DNA from: Mobula hypostoma
Taxonomy: Eukaryota
Assembly (NCBI RefSeq): GCF_963921235.1
Contig: NC_086108.1
Coordinates: forward strand, 94,118,001-94,182,000
DNA: 64,000 nucleotides
Direction: 5' to 3'
Part shown: positions 12,659 to 26,084 of the stretch, in pieces
Numbering within the stretch: the first letter of the stretch is position 1
Layout: the number at the start of each line of letters is the position of its first letter
The notes under the pieces: generated by a model
What the model was told of the DNA's origin: nothing
Seen by the model: the letters and a program-made list of their open reading frames with translations, nothing else
Databases searched by the model: none
Translations under genes and position numbers: made by a program

Positions 12659-13351
12659 GAAACATAATACACATGGTCCAAATTTTAGAGAACAACAGCA
12701 AATGGTGAACACATAAGATGCTGGAGGAACTCAGCAAGTCAGCAGCATCTATGGTGGTCTTCCTTTTTAATGCTATACACAAAGCATTAACACTTCTTCA
12801 CTCCTGTAGGGAACCCCTCCCATAGTGAAGGCCATCATAATATTTGCCCTTATAATTTGCTTGCAAAACATTGGGACATCAACGGTTTATTTCCCTCCAT
12901 AGATGCTGCCTGACCTGCTGAGTTCCTCCAGCATTTTGTGTGTGTGTGTTCCTCTGGATTTCAGCATCTGCACACTCTCTCATGTTTAGTAAATGCTTAA
13001 ATCTTAAGATGAGGCACAGAGAGTAACATGTAATACAAGTTAAAATTTCAGGTCAAAATCTTTTTATTGGGTCCAAATTAAGCACAAATAAAGGTCTTTG
13101 CTCTCAATCTTCATTAGATATTGTTAAGACCAATTACTAGGCTGCCATTCCAACCCCGAGTGCTCTTGTGTGGAGTTCACACATTCTCTCTGTGACAATG
13201 TGCACCTCTTGGTGTTCCACTTTCCACGCAGATCTCAAAGATGAACCAGTTGGTGGTTAAATTATCGTGATCAAGTGACTCTCGTGGGCAAGTGAATGTT
13301 AAAATCTCGGGGTGTTGATGAAAATAAAACAAGGGATTACTGATTGAAAGT

Positions 13352-13725
13352 CATCATCATCATCACTGTGTGTCATGTCATATGATGTAGGTGGAAGATT
13401 ATGGTCTATGACCATGATTTTTCTACACAAGTGGTTTGCCATTGCCTTCTTCTAGACAGTGTCTTTATAAGACGGGTGAACCCAGCTATTATCAACACTC
13501 TTCAGAGATTGTCTACCCGGCGTCAGTGCTCACATAACCGGGGCTTCCGACATGCATCAGCTGCTCATATGACTGGCCACCGCCCGCTCCCATGGTTTCA
13601 GGTGACCCTGATCGGTGGGGTGGGGCTAAGCAGATGTTACACCATGCCCAGGGGTGACGCGCAGGCTAGTAGAGGGAAGGAGTTCCTTGCTCCTCCTTCG
13701 GTAGAGACGTATCTCCACCCCACCA
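13352..13725 (-). mobile_element. Short non-autonomous element with an RTE-type 3' tail
   Basis: The minus strand carries agaagaaggcaatggcaaaccact, resembling the RTE/BovB tail motif, and ends in (GAT)n. No ORF homology was recognised. Confidence 0.5.
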
Positions 13726-14530
13726 CCCTGTGCAGACTAATTGGGCTAAAGGGTCCGTATCTGCAATACATAGCTCTGTGACGTTTGGAATCCGAAGGGC
13801 ATGACTGGATTCAGTCGTGGAGGAAGGTACTCTCACAGTATTTAAAAGATGTTTAGACAAGCACTTTAATCACCCAGGCATAGAAGGCTATGTATGGACC
13901 AGATGCTCGTATATATGGAATTGGTATAGATAGATACCTGTTGGTCAGCACAGGCATGATGGGCCAGAGGGTCTCCTTCTGTGCCCTATGACTGTGATCG
14001 CACAGCAGCGAATAGCTTGGAGATGAATCATATTTTGCACAGCAATCCAAGTTACTTGGAATTGGTTTATCATTGTCACATGTACAGTGAAAAGCTTGTC
14101 TTGCATATTGTTCTTACAGATCAAATCATTACACAGTGCATCAAGGTAGAAGATAAAGAGATTAAAGATTAGCTCTATTTGTCATTTGTACATCACAATA
14201 TACAGTGGAAGGTGTTAGCGTCAATGAGTCCAAGGATTATGTATTACAAGGACTTTGTCCTGGGGGCTGTCTCCACACCTCTAGCGGCAGCACGGCGTGC
14301 CCACACAGCTCTTTAACCGTCTCACATATGTCTTTGGAATGTGGGAGGAAATCAGAGAACCTGGAGGAAACCTAAGTCGTCACAGGGAGAACGTACAAAC
14401 TCCGTCCAGACAGTGGCAGGAATTGAGCTCCTGTTGGTGATCACGGGCGCTGTAAAGCATTGTGCTAACCACTACACTACCGTGTCACCTGGTGTAAGGT
14501 AAAATAATAACTGAATATAGAATGCAGTGT

Positions 14531-15047
14531 CAGACATCCCACCCTGCAAAAACTCATTTCAGGGAGGTAGCACCATCAATTTACGGGAGACTCCCGGAAC
14601 TTCCGGAGAAGTGGGATGTCTGCAATAGAGTAGCTCCTTAGCAGCCAGCCAGCTAGTTTAAATAACGTTAGCTATGCTAATGAACGAATGGCACCTGTTA
14701 AACTCACCTCAACGTGTCTTTTACAGTCTTAACCCACCATGGGCAATAGAAAAGTCACTGTTGCAAACAGTGCAGCGAGCAACACTGTCATTATTTTTGA
14801 CCCCTATTAGGCAGGGGTACACTTTAGGGTAATCTGGGGTGACGTACGTTTTATATTTTTTTTTGGAACACTCTCCCATGGCACGCTCTCTCTCTCGTGG
14901 TCGCTCACGCGCTCTCGCTTGCTTTCTCTTGCTCGCTTGCTCTCAAAAAATTGATTTCCGTGATATTGTATATAATTTGTGGGCATCAGGGAGCTACTAT
15001 TAATATGCGGGAGACTCCTGGAACTTCCGGGAGAAGTGGGATGTCTG
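14531..15047. mobile_element. Non-autonomous DNA transposon (MITE) with 12-bp terminal inverted repeats (TIRs) and 6-bp TSD, probably hAT-like
   Basis: TIRs CAGACATCCCAC / GTGGGATGTCTG. TSD cagtgt at 14525-14530 and 15048-15053. It interrupts a LINE tail that is contiguous in other copies (about 28190 and 62620). Confidence 0.85.
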
Positions 15048-15745
15048 CAGTGTAACAGCTACAGAGACAGTGAAGTGCAGATAAACAATAAGATAATAAC
15101 GAGGTAAATTGTGAGGTCAAGAGTCCATTTTATCACACAAGGGAGTGGCATGATGGCATATCAATTAGCGAATCACTTTACAGTGCCATCAATCACTGAC
15201 TGGGGTTGAATATTCCTCCACTGTCTGTAAGGAGTTTGTACATTCTCCCTGTTACCAGGAACAGGTTAAGGTTTAGAGACAGGGATGTGGGGGAGTTAGA
15301 GGTCAAGCCAGAGCCTAGACTTCTACTCCACACTTTGCGTCCGAGGGCCAGCGACATGGATGTGTGTTGAAGTTGTCAGGGGAGGGGAGGGAACAGGCCA
15401 GTGAGGACAAGGACTGGTCGAACCCCCACCCCCCCAAATCAGCAAGAAGTTGGCAAGTTCCAGGATCAGTGTTGCATCCAGGTATGAGGTCAGTGACTCC
15501 TAGGCTGGCAAGCTGGCGAGACCGGAGTTCGAGGCCTAACGTTCAGGATCCTGTCATTAGCGAGTACGGAGTTCGAGGCCTGGTGTTCCGTGTCCTCATT
15601 CGTTGTTACCAGCGGGTCCTGGGGTCGATTCCAAAGACATCGGAAGTCAGTCACATGCAGGTCTGGAGGTGGAGTATCAATAGACAAAGCCCTAGGTCTA
15701 TAAGTCCACTGTTAAAGTCAAAAGTCCAGTGTCATTTTGGTCGCA

Positions 15746-18177
15746 GTATCCATTCCACCTCAGGCCAATACCAATCAGGCTTTAGATGATCTGAGCAATG
15801 GGATCAACATGCACGAAACAGCGCATCCTAACGCCTTCACCATCGTTTTGGGAGATTTTAACCTGGCCAGGCCAATTTGAAAAAATCGCTACCATCAACA
15901 GATCACTTGCAATACCAGAGGAAACAACACACTTGACCATTGCTACACCACCATCAAGAATGCCTACCGTGCTATTCCACGCCCTCACTTCAGGCAGTCT
16001 GATCACCTGGCTGTACTTCTACTCCCTGAGTATAGGCAGAGACTGAAGACTGTAGCACCAGTAGTGAGGACCAAGAAGGTATGGACAAGGGAAGCACAGG
16101 AGCGACTACAGGACCGCTTTGAATCGGTGGACTGGACTGTATTCAGGGATTCATCTTCAAATCTGGATGAGTATGCGGCAGTTGTTACCGACATCATTAA
16201 AATCTGTGTGGATGAGTGTGTGCCTACAAAGACCTACTGAACATTCCCAAACCAAAAACCGTGGATGAACCAGGAGGTACGTTGTCTGCTGAAGGCCAGA
16301 TCTGTGGCATTCAAGTCTGGTGATCCAGATCTGTACTAGAAAACAAGGTATGATTTGCGGAAGGCTATTTCAAGGGCAAAATTATCGAACGAGGTTGGAG
16401 GCGATATTGGATGCACGACAACTCTGGCAGGGCTTGCAAGACATTACTTCCTATAAAGCAAAACCCAATAGCATGAATGGCAGCGATGCTTCACTACCAG
16501 ATGAACTCAATGCTTTATATGCCCACTTTGAAAGGGAGAACACAACTATAGCTGGGAAGATCCCTGCTGTACCCAGTGACCTGTGATCTCTGTCTCAGAG
16601 GCTAATCTTAGACTGTCTTTAAAGAGAGTGAACCCTCACAAGGCAGAAGGTCCCAATAGAGTACCTGGTAAGGCTCTGAAAACCTGTGCCAACCAACTAG
16701 CAGGAGTACTCAAGGACATTTTCAACCTCTCACTGCTACGGGCAGAAGTTCCCACTTGCTTCAAAAAGGCAACAATTACACCAGTGCCAAAGAAGAATAA
16801 TGTGGGCTGCCTTAATGACTATCGCCCGGTAGCACTCACATCCACAGTAATGAAATGCTTTGAGAGGTTGTTTATGACTAGACTAAACTCCTGCCTCAGC
16901 AAGGACCTGGACCCATTGCAATTTGCCTATTGCCACAATAGGTCAACGGCAGACACAATCTCAATGGCTCTCCATGAGGCTTTAGACCACCTAGACAACA
17001 CAAACACCTATGTCAGGATGCTGTTCATCAACTATAGCTCAGTATTTAATACCATCATTCCCACAATCCTGATTGAGAAGTTGCAGAACCTGGGCCTCTG
17101 TACCTCCCTCTGCAATTGGATCCTCGACTTCCTAACTGGAAGACCACAATTTGTGTGGATTGGTGATAACATCTCCTCGCTGACAACTAACACTGGTGCA
17201 CCTCAGGGGTGTGAGCTCAGCCCACTGCTCTACTCTTTATACCCATGACTGTGTGGCTAGGCATAGCTCAAATACCATCTATAAATCTGCTGACGATACA
17301 ACCATTGTTAGTGAAATCTCAGGTGGTGACAAGAGGGTGTACAGGAGTGAGATATGCCAACTAGTGGAGTGGTGTCACGGCAACAACCTGGCACTCAACG
17401 TCAGTCAGACAAAGGAGCTGATTGTGGACTTCAGGAAGGGTAAGATGAAGGAACACATACCAATCCTCATAGAAGGATCAGAAGTGGAGAGAGTGAGCAG
17501 CTTCAAGTTCCTGGATCTAACCTGATCCCAATATATTGATATAGTTATAAAGAAAGCAAGACAGCAACTATACTTCATTAGGCATTTGAAGAGATTTGGC
17601 ATGTCAACAAATACACACAAAAACTTCTATAGTTGTACTGTGGAGAGCATTCTGACAGGCTGCATCACTGTCTGGTATGGAGGGGCTACTGCACAGGACC
17701 GAAAGAAGCTGCAGAGGGCTGTAAAATTAGTCAGCTCCATCTTGGGCACTAGCCTACAAAGTACCCAGGACATCTTTAGGGAGCGGTGTCTCAGAAAGCC
17801 AGCGGCCATTATTAAGGACCTCCAGCATCCAGGGCATGCCCTTTTCTCACTGGTAGTCTCAGGCAGGAGGTAACAGAAGCCTGAAGGCACACACTCAGCG
17901 ATTCAGGAACAGCTTCTTCCCCTCCGCCATCCGATTCCTAAATGGACATTGAACCCTTGGACACTACCTCACTTTTTTAAATATATAGTATTTCTGTATT
18001 TTGCACAATTTTTAATCTATTCAATATATGTATACTGTATAAAGTATACAGAATAAAATTTATTTATTTATTTATTTATTATTATTATTTTACTTCTAGA
18101 TTATGTATTGCATTGAACTGCTGCTGCTAAGTTAACAAATTTCACATCACAGGCCGGTGATAATAAACTTGATTCTG
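15746..18177 (+). mobile_element. Rex1/Babar-type LINE, 5'-truncated ~2.4 kb copy (APE endonuclease C-terminus, RT, 3' UTR); pseudogenised
   Basis: GDFN, TRGNNTLDHCY and SDH endonuclease motifs. RT motifs [22 protein letters not shown] and ADDT are split over several frames by frameshifts and stops. Tail taataaacttgattctg. Confidence 0.92.
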
Positions 18178-19059
18178 TAAGTCTGTGAATTTACTGGAGA
18201 CTGGTGCTGACCTGTCCTGGAACTGGTGAACTGTCTGGGTATGTGTGTGGGTGAGTAGGAGGGAGGAATGGAGCTGTTTTGTTGTTGTTTTGGTTTGTTG
18301 CTGTTGTTGTGTTGAACACGCAGGACGTATTATGTTGGCGGTAGAATGTGTGGCAACGCTTGCAGGCTGTCCCCAGTACATCCCTAGGTTGTGCTGGTTG
18401 TTAATGCAAAAGATGGATTTCACTGTATGTTTTGATATACATGTGATCAATAAATGGATCGAAATTGGAATAAAAAATTGATTGTCAAGTGCCTCCCCAA
18501 TGCTTACAGCTTCAACGCATTGTTGTTCTAAACTCTGCATCAGTTTCCTTTCAGGGTGTGAATTAAAAATCCTGGCAAAAATCCTAGGTGTGACTTGGGG
18601 TTCACCAGGGAGCGTCTAATAGACTGATAATTGTAGTATTCCGAGGTTGGGAAATATAAATGTCTGATGATAATAACAATACCTGTTACAACATAGCAGG
18701 TTTACTGTAATTTTTTGTAGCACGTAAACACTGTGGTCTTAATTAGATTAATTAGTCACATGTACATTGAAACATACAGCGAGATGCATGGTTTGTATTA
18801 ACAATCAACACAATCTGAGGATGTGCTGGGGGCAGCCCGCAAATGTTGCTTCGCTTCTGGCACCAAGGTAACATGCACCACGGTGTTCAGCAGAATAACA
18901 TGTAGCAAGACAGGTGCAACAACAGCAAAACAAACTCCTTCCTAACCCGCCTCCCACACTCCATCGAGGAGCACTAATCCTTGTGCGTTTGCCTATATTA
19001 CAACCCTACACATCCGGTGGTGGGTCATCTTGACCTTGTCATTGTTTTGTATAAGAATC

Positions 19060-19680
19060 TCTTCCCGCTGCTGTCATCAGGAAGATGGTACAGGAGCCTC
19101 AGGATTCACACCACCAGGTTCGGGAACAGTTACTACCCCTCAACCATCAGGATCTTGCACTAAGGGTGATGACTTCACTCAGCTTCACTCGTCCCATCAT
19201 TGAAATGTACAGTATATGAATTCACTTTCAAGGACTCTTTCATCTCGTGTCTTGATATTTATTGCTTATTTAGTTATCATTTCTTTCTTTCTTTCTGTAT
19301 TTGCAATTTGTTTTCTTTTGCACACTGGTTGAACTCCCAGTTGACGCAGTTTTTCATTGATTCTGTTATGGTTCCTATTCTATAGATTTGTTGAGTATGC
19401 CCACAAGAAACTGAATCTCAGAGTTGTATATAGTGGCACTTTCAGGGACTCTTATCTTACGTTCTTGATATTTATTATTTGTTTATTGTTATTTATTTTG
19501 TATTTGCGCAGTTTGTTGTCTTCTGCACTCTGATTGAGCACCCAAGTTGGGCTGTCATTTGTTGATTCTGTTATGGTTACTATTCTATAGATTTATTGAG
19601 AATGCCCGCAAGAAAATGAACATCAGGGTTCTAAACGGTGACATATATGTACTTTGATAATACATTTACTTTGAACTTTG
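19060..19680 (+). mobile_element. Rex1/Babar-type LINE 3' end with two consecutive 3' UTR copies
   Basis: The 3' UTR block starting cactttca(a/g)ggactctt occurs at about 19223 and again at about 19437. Confidence 0.7.
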
Positions 19681-21741
19681 AGTGGCTTCCTGGACTATCT
19701 TGTAGAAGTTTCAGAGTCAATGTTGTCATTGGCTGTGGTCACATGTTAGAGGTATACTGACATAGATAGTTGCTGGAAAACTCAATGGCTGGTCTGCCTG
19801 CAACTGCCTGGTCTTTGAGTGTAAGATGTTCGCAATCAAGTGCTGCCCTTTGGCATGGACCAGAGTGGAGGTGAACATGCTGAGGGATGCCTTGAAACTT
19901 GGTGCAGCCGCTGCAGAGTGGGGAAGACCCGCAGGATCCTGCTGCCACTGGTCAGTGAAATGTACTGGACACAGTGCAACAACCAAACCAGTGCTTCACA
20001 GAGGAAGTCTTTCACACGTGGGCTTCCTGAATTAACTACACATCAAACTTTAATGCTGTGAAGAGCAAAGAAGTGGTTAGAACATAGAACACTACAGCAC
20101 AGTGCAAGCACATCAGCTGATGATGTTGTGCCAATTCTATAACCTGCTCTATGAGCAATCTAACCATTCCCTCCTGTTTAATCCTCCTTTTCTCCACCAT
20201 CCACCTGCCTACCAAAGAGTTTCTTAAATGGCCCGAATGTATTTCCCTCTACCACCATCCTGGGCAAGGTGTTCCATGCACTCATCACTCTCTGTGTAAA
20301 AAAAAACTTACTTCTGGCATTCCCCCATACTCTCCTTCAATCACCCTACATCACCCCCACATTAGCCACTTCCTCCCTGGGAAAAAGTCTCTGGCTGTCC
20401 ACTTGATCCAGGCTTCTGACAATTTTGTACACCTCTATCCAGTTGTTCCGAAGTCTGAACATCAGAAAGCTAGAAATGCTGGAGATCTGAAGTAGCGACA
20501 GGGAGTGGTGAAAACGTCACAGGAGGAGACTTGCAGAGTCAGTGTCTCTCGGGTTCAATGCTGTGAGTTTGCAATTTCTCCCAGTGTCCACAAGAGTTCC
20601 CTCCAAGTGTTGCCATACCCAAAGACGTCAGCTTGATAGGTTAACCAACCGATGTAAGTGCCCCTTATGGGTAGGTGAGGGGTGGAACCTGGGGGGAGTG
20701 GATGAGATTGAGTTTGTTTATTTATTTATTTAGAGCTACAGCACAGAATGGGCCCTTCCGGCTCACTAAGCCACACTGCCCAGCAACCCGGCCTAATCAC
20801 AGGACAATTTACAATGACCGATTAACTTACTGACCTGTGGGAGGAAACCAGGGCACCTCGAGAAAACCAAGGTGCGCGTGGAAAGAACGTGCAAAGTTTC
20901 TTACCAAGCACGCCAGAATTAGTCTGACTGTAATAGTGTACCATGTTATCGTGGCGTTCAAGTTCAAATTCAACTTTAATTGTCATTCAACCATACACGT
21001 GTATACAGCTAAACGAAGCAGTGTTCCCCTAGGGCCAAGATGCAAAACACAGTACATAACATCATACACAACATGTATAGTTACGATGCAGGGAGAATTT
21101 TTTAAAAAAGGATTAATTTAGGAATTGTGTAAATGTGGCTCTATGATACCAAGTCAGGCAGTATCTGTGAAAAGAGAAATAAAGTCAATCTTTCAGATCG
21201 AAGAAAATTGATAAAGAAAGATGCTACGGTACGGTTGTGCACTTAGAGAATGTGAGTGAAACAGGCTTTAATTTGAACCAAAAGAGAAGATCAGTAGCTC
21301 GGGTTAGCTGCTTGTTTGTAGGGTTGTTTGCCAAGCCTCGAGGTTAGGTCACAAACGTTTTGACACCAATCATGGTGACATCATGAGTGTTGTTTCTGCC
21401 AAGTGCTCGCGTTTATATTGGTCTGCCTTGTTCTGACTGGTTGGCTGTCGTGCTGACCGTTAGTCTCTGCTGGGTCCCGGCCAACTAGATAGCTGAGTGA
21501 TCTCCACTGGCCAATATCCCTGGTTATCGGTCATTGTGAGGATTGGATCCTTGGCCCTGATCTGGCAGATGCATATGTTCATAAAGTACATCCAGTTCAA
21601 TATGCTTGCTATTGGAGTTTAATTTGAACCTTTAGTAAACCATTTAAAATTCAGAAGGCAGAATGCATGACAATATGATTGAAGTTATGCTCATGACCCA
21701 AACGGACTCAGAAGATTATTTGAGGATGTAAATCTTTGTAA

Positions 21742-22223
21742 GTCCATCACATGCAAAAGCCCTCCCCACCACTGGAGCACTGCCACAAGAAAGCAGCATC
21801 TATTATCAAGGACTTCATCATCCAGGTCATGCTCTCTTCTTGCTACTACCATCGGGCAGGAGGTACAGGAGCCTCAGGTCCCACACCACCAGGTCCAGGA
21901 AAAATTATTACCCTTCAACCATCAGACTTCTGAACCAAAGTGGATAACTTCACTCACCCCAACACTGAACTGATTCCACAACCTACAGACTCACTTTCAA
22001 GGATTCTACAACTCATATTATCAGTATTATCTATTTACTTTTCTATTTATTATTGAAATGACTGTCCTATTTAGCACATTGGATGTTTGTCAGTCATTGT
22101 GTATAGTTTTTCATAAACTCTCTTGTATTTCTTTGTTTTTCTCTAAATGTCTGCAAGAAAATGGATGTCAGGATAGTATATGGTGACATTAGGTACTTAA
22201 ATAATAAATTTACTTTGAACTTT
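21742..22223 (+). mobile_element. Rex1/Babar-type LINE 3' fragment
   Basis: KKAASIIKD remnant and the shared 3' UTR ending aataaatttactttgaacttt. Confidence 0.7.
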
Positions 22224-22637
22224 GTTAGTAAGAAATTGCTATATTTTGATGTGTGAAGACTATAAGGTTCTACACATTTGTGGCAATGTGTCGATCAATA
22301 AATTTAGCAGAGACCAGACGGTGAACCAGGACTTTCCTGATCTGCCTGACACAAGGCAGTGCTGTCACCAACTAAGCCTTCAGGAGCATGAGTTTTGGCT
22401 GGAGAGTGTGACTTAGACCAGTTGGTGCAATCTAAGTTGGTCAGTTGCCCTCAAACTGTGCAACTAATGGTTGTGGAGGATATAACCCTGTTGTCAGCCT
22501 AACTCAGCACAATGTTCTTTTTTGATTTTCTAATTAGTTAAAATCCAGGCAAGGGTCAGAAATGTTAACATTTTGTTAGCTTTCTAAATGAAAAGTGCAA
22601 GGAATAGAGGAGAGTAAAGTCATAACAGAGGTCCCAA

Positions 22638-23580
22638 TAGTCATAGTCATAGTCATAGTTATACTTCATTGATCCCGAGGGAAATTTGGTTTCGTTACAG
22701 TTGCACCAACCAAGAACAGAGTATAAATATAGCCATATAACACCATAAATAATTAAATAATAATATGTAAATTATGCCAGAAAATAAGTCCAGGACCAGC
22801 CTATTGGCTCAGGGTGTCTGACCCTCCAAGGGAGGAGTTGTAAAGCTTGATGGCCACAGGCAGGAATGACTTCCTATGACGCTCTGTGCTGCATCTCGGT
22901 GGAATGAGTTTCTGGCTGAATGTACTCCTGTGCCCACCCAGTACATTATGTAGTGGACGGGAGACATTGTCCAAGATGGCATGCAACTTGGACAGCATCC
23001 TCTTTTCAGACACCACCGTCAGAGAGTCTATTTCCATCCCTACAACATCACTGGCCTTACGAATGAGTTTGTTGATTCTGTTGGTGTCTGCCACCCTCAG
23101 CCTGCTGCCCCAGCACACAACAGCAAACATGATAGCACTGGCCACCACAGACTCGTAGAACATCCTCAGCACCGTCCGACAGATGTTAAAGGACCTCAGT
23201 CTCCTCAGGAAATAGAGACAGCTCTGACCCTTCTTGTAGACAGCCTCAGTGTTCTTTGACCAGTCCAGTTTATTGTCAATTCATATCCCCAGGTATCTGT
23301 AATCCTCCACCATGTCCACACTGACCCCCTGGATAGAAACAGGGGTCACCGGTACCTTAGCTCTCCTCAGGTCTACCACCAGCTCCTTAGTCTTTTTCAC
23401 ATTAAGCTGCAGATAATTCTGCTCACACCATGTGACAAAGTTTCCAACCGTAGCCCTGTACTCAGCCTCATCTCCCTTGCTGATGCATCCAACTATGGCA
23501 GAGTCATCAGAAAACTTCTGAAGATGGCAAGACTCTGTGCAGTAGTTGAAGTCCGAGGTGTAAATGGTGAAGAGAAAGGG
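22638..23580 (-). mobile_element. Second Rex1/Babar-type LINE family, 3' ~0.95 kb, relatively young
   Basis: PFLFTIYTSDF..., KFSDDS and MLRMFYESVVASAIMFAVVCWG...RHRKSFLPVAIKLYN, with a (TATGAC)n tail. Confidence 0.85.
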
Positions 23581-25853
23581 AAAACACCGATTCTCTAACT
23601 TTTTCCAGTATCAATGAAAGGACATTGTCCGTTCCTCCATGAGCACAACCTCACTATTTTTGATCATTTTGAACTACTAATTTAATTTATTTTTATATAT
23701 ATATTTTAATTGTAATTTATAAAATATTTTGTGTACTGAACAGTAATCCTGCTGCAAAACAACAAATTTCTTTCCAAAATTTGCTAGTGATATTAAACTT
23801 GATTCTGATTCCCTTCATCAATACCAGACATGTTGGATATTTGCTTATTAAAACAGCTGATAATAGTTTTAGTGTAGAATTGCATTATTAAGAAAAAACA
23901 ACTCATTAGGAATAAAACCTGGACCCCCATTGCCTTGTGCCTGTGGTGATTTGTTACCCAGCACTTTTTACCGTATTGAAGGAAATGTTGAAATCCACTT
24001 CGATGCTAGACATTGCAAAGCAAGGAGTCTTTAATACCTGAAGATTTTGTGATTCTGATTTATTTTAATTCAATTAAACTTAATTTCTAAATTCCATTAG
24101 ATGTGTGGAGCCTTCTATCAGCAGGTGTCACTGGGAAAAGCTTCAATGCTTTATTAAAACAGGCAGGACCAGGATTGCTGGTGGACCTGTGCAGTGTTGT
24201 TTGAGTAAATTGAATGACATGCTAATGGCTTTATAGTGATTGTTGGTCAAATGTGCAGCTCTGACTGGATTCCTCAATGCCCACACCAGGGTGTGGCTAG
24301 GACTCAGATTATGTATCAGAACAGTTTCTAAACTGGCAGTGACGGCAGGAGCAACAATTTGGGACTGGGTCTGTAGAGAGAGAGAGATAGAGAGAGTATC
24401 TGAAGGGGTGGGGAGCAGGCTTTTTTTTAAAAAAAGAAAAACTTCATAAATAATTCTTCAGTGCTTTGATGTGTAATCTGGCAAAGAGCTGCAAACTGAG
24501 GCAACTATAAGCACACAGTCCAGTTGTGTGAAAGACAGTGGCTTCAGTGTGTGGCGTTCCATTTTAGTTTTTTAGAAGTCCTCATCATTTATTGGAGGTA
24601 AGTACAGGCTGTTTGTCAAGTTTGAGCTAACTTGAAAGTTTCTGTTAACTTTGTGTCCTACAGTACTTTCATCCATCTGATTATTCTTAAACCCCCATTG
24701 TACAGCAGCTGTGAGAATGAATAATGATTGTTTTTAAAGGCTTCTTCTTTAACATACAGAAATTTTTTGCTTGGAGTGGAATTTTCTTGTTAAGGTATGT
24801 GTTTTCCTGCAACTGGTTGTTACTGCTGTTTGCTGGTTTACTTGAGAAAATTCAGTGAATGATAAAGACTTGCCCTGGGGGCCACTGCTGCCGACATTCA
24901 CGTTTGCTGAAAGATAAAAAGTGGCTGTCAGTGACTTTGATGGGAGACGTCCAAGGGTGATAATTGTGAGCTATATCCTTTATTCTGGTGAAGGTCATGG
25001 TGCATCTTAATATCCCGTGTCTGAACCCCTGTGAACATTGGCCAGATAAATGGTTGGTCTAAAGTTTAAACAGCGTGTGTAGTTTCTGTCAGTGCGAAAT
25101 GCTAATTTTTTTTTATATAGCGCAAGTAGTATTTATTGCTTCAATACAACCCGCGTCTAAACTGCAAGGCTGGGAGTCTCTCTCACACACTCAGCTCGGG
25201 GGAGTGTTGTACTTAATCATCAGACATCTGAAGTAAAAAATGTTCTTTGAAAGTTTATATTGCTTTAACTTTACAGTCTATGCTTTCCTAAGGTAGCAGA
25301 GTTTCATGTCGATCTTTTAAGTTGCTTTCTTATTATTTAATATTATTGGCTCAAAGAGAAAACCCTTGTAGACTGAGTTGGTTTTAGATTTAAAAACATT
25401 TTGGGAAAGCCAGAGGTTGGGAGACATTTTCCTCCTGTTTGGTCTGAAACCTAACAGAAAACATTGTTCGCCCCCGTATTGTTCTACACAGAATGAATTG
25501 CTTTTTTGTAACGGTTCTTTGTGTGGGTTGAAGTGCCCCAGAGTCTGAAGTTTGTCCTGAGCTCATAAAATGGTGGCAATTTGTCAGCCTGATTCAATGA
25601 AGCTTATCTGGGGTTTGCTTTTAGGTTGTTTGGTCCATGGTTGGAATGTGACAATAGAAATCTGCTCCAGAAATGGGAAACAGCAGCAAAAGACGACAAG
25701 CATTGATGCACGTGGTTTGATAACACAAATGCAAGGTATATTCAGTAAATGCTTTTTAAGAACAGGTTTAGTCTGAAATATGAAGGTGCCTGTAAAATAA
25801 TTTTGTTTGGCATTTGATATCCCAGAGGGGCCAAGGAATCACAGAGTCTCAAT

Positions 25854-26018
25854 GGAACGCAGCAGGCCAGGCGGCATCTCGTCCTGATGAAGGGTCCCGG
25901 CCTGAAACGTCGACTGTACCTCTTCCTATAGATGCTGCCTGGCCTGCTGTGTTCCACCAGCATTTTGTGTGTGCGTTGCTTGAATTTTCAGCATCTGCAG
26001 ATTTCCTTGTGTTTGCAT
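25854..26018 (+). mobile_element. Short Penelope-tail insertion with hammerhead motif and a short inverted 5' piece
   Basis: TSD agagtctcaat at 25843-25853 and 26019-26029. 25854-25879 is an inverted copy of part of the tail. Confidence 0.8.
25881..25914 (+). ncRNA. Minimal type I hammerhead ribozyme motif
   Basis: gtc-CTGATGA-a-gggtcccggcct-GAAA-cg-TC-gac. Confidence 0.65.
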
Positions 26019-26084
26019 AGAGTCTCAATATTGTGTAGAAACAGGCTTGGCCCACTATGTCAGCTGACCACCAACTACTCACAA

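Noticed and set aside
16583..17873. Functional reverse transcriptase gene
   Set aside because: Split across frames with stops and 5'-truncated; a dead LINE copy.
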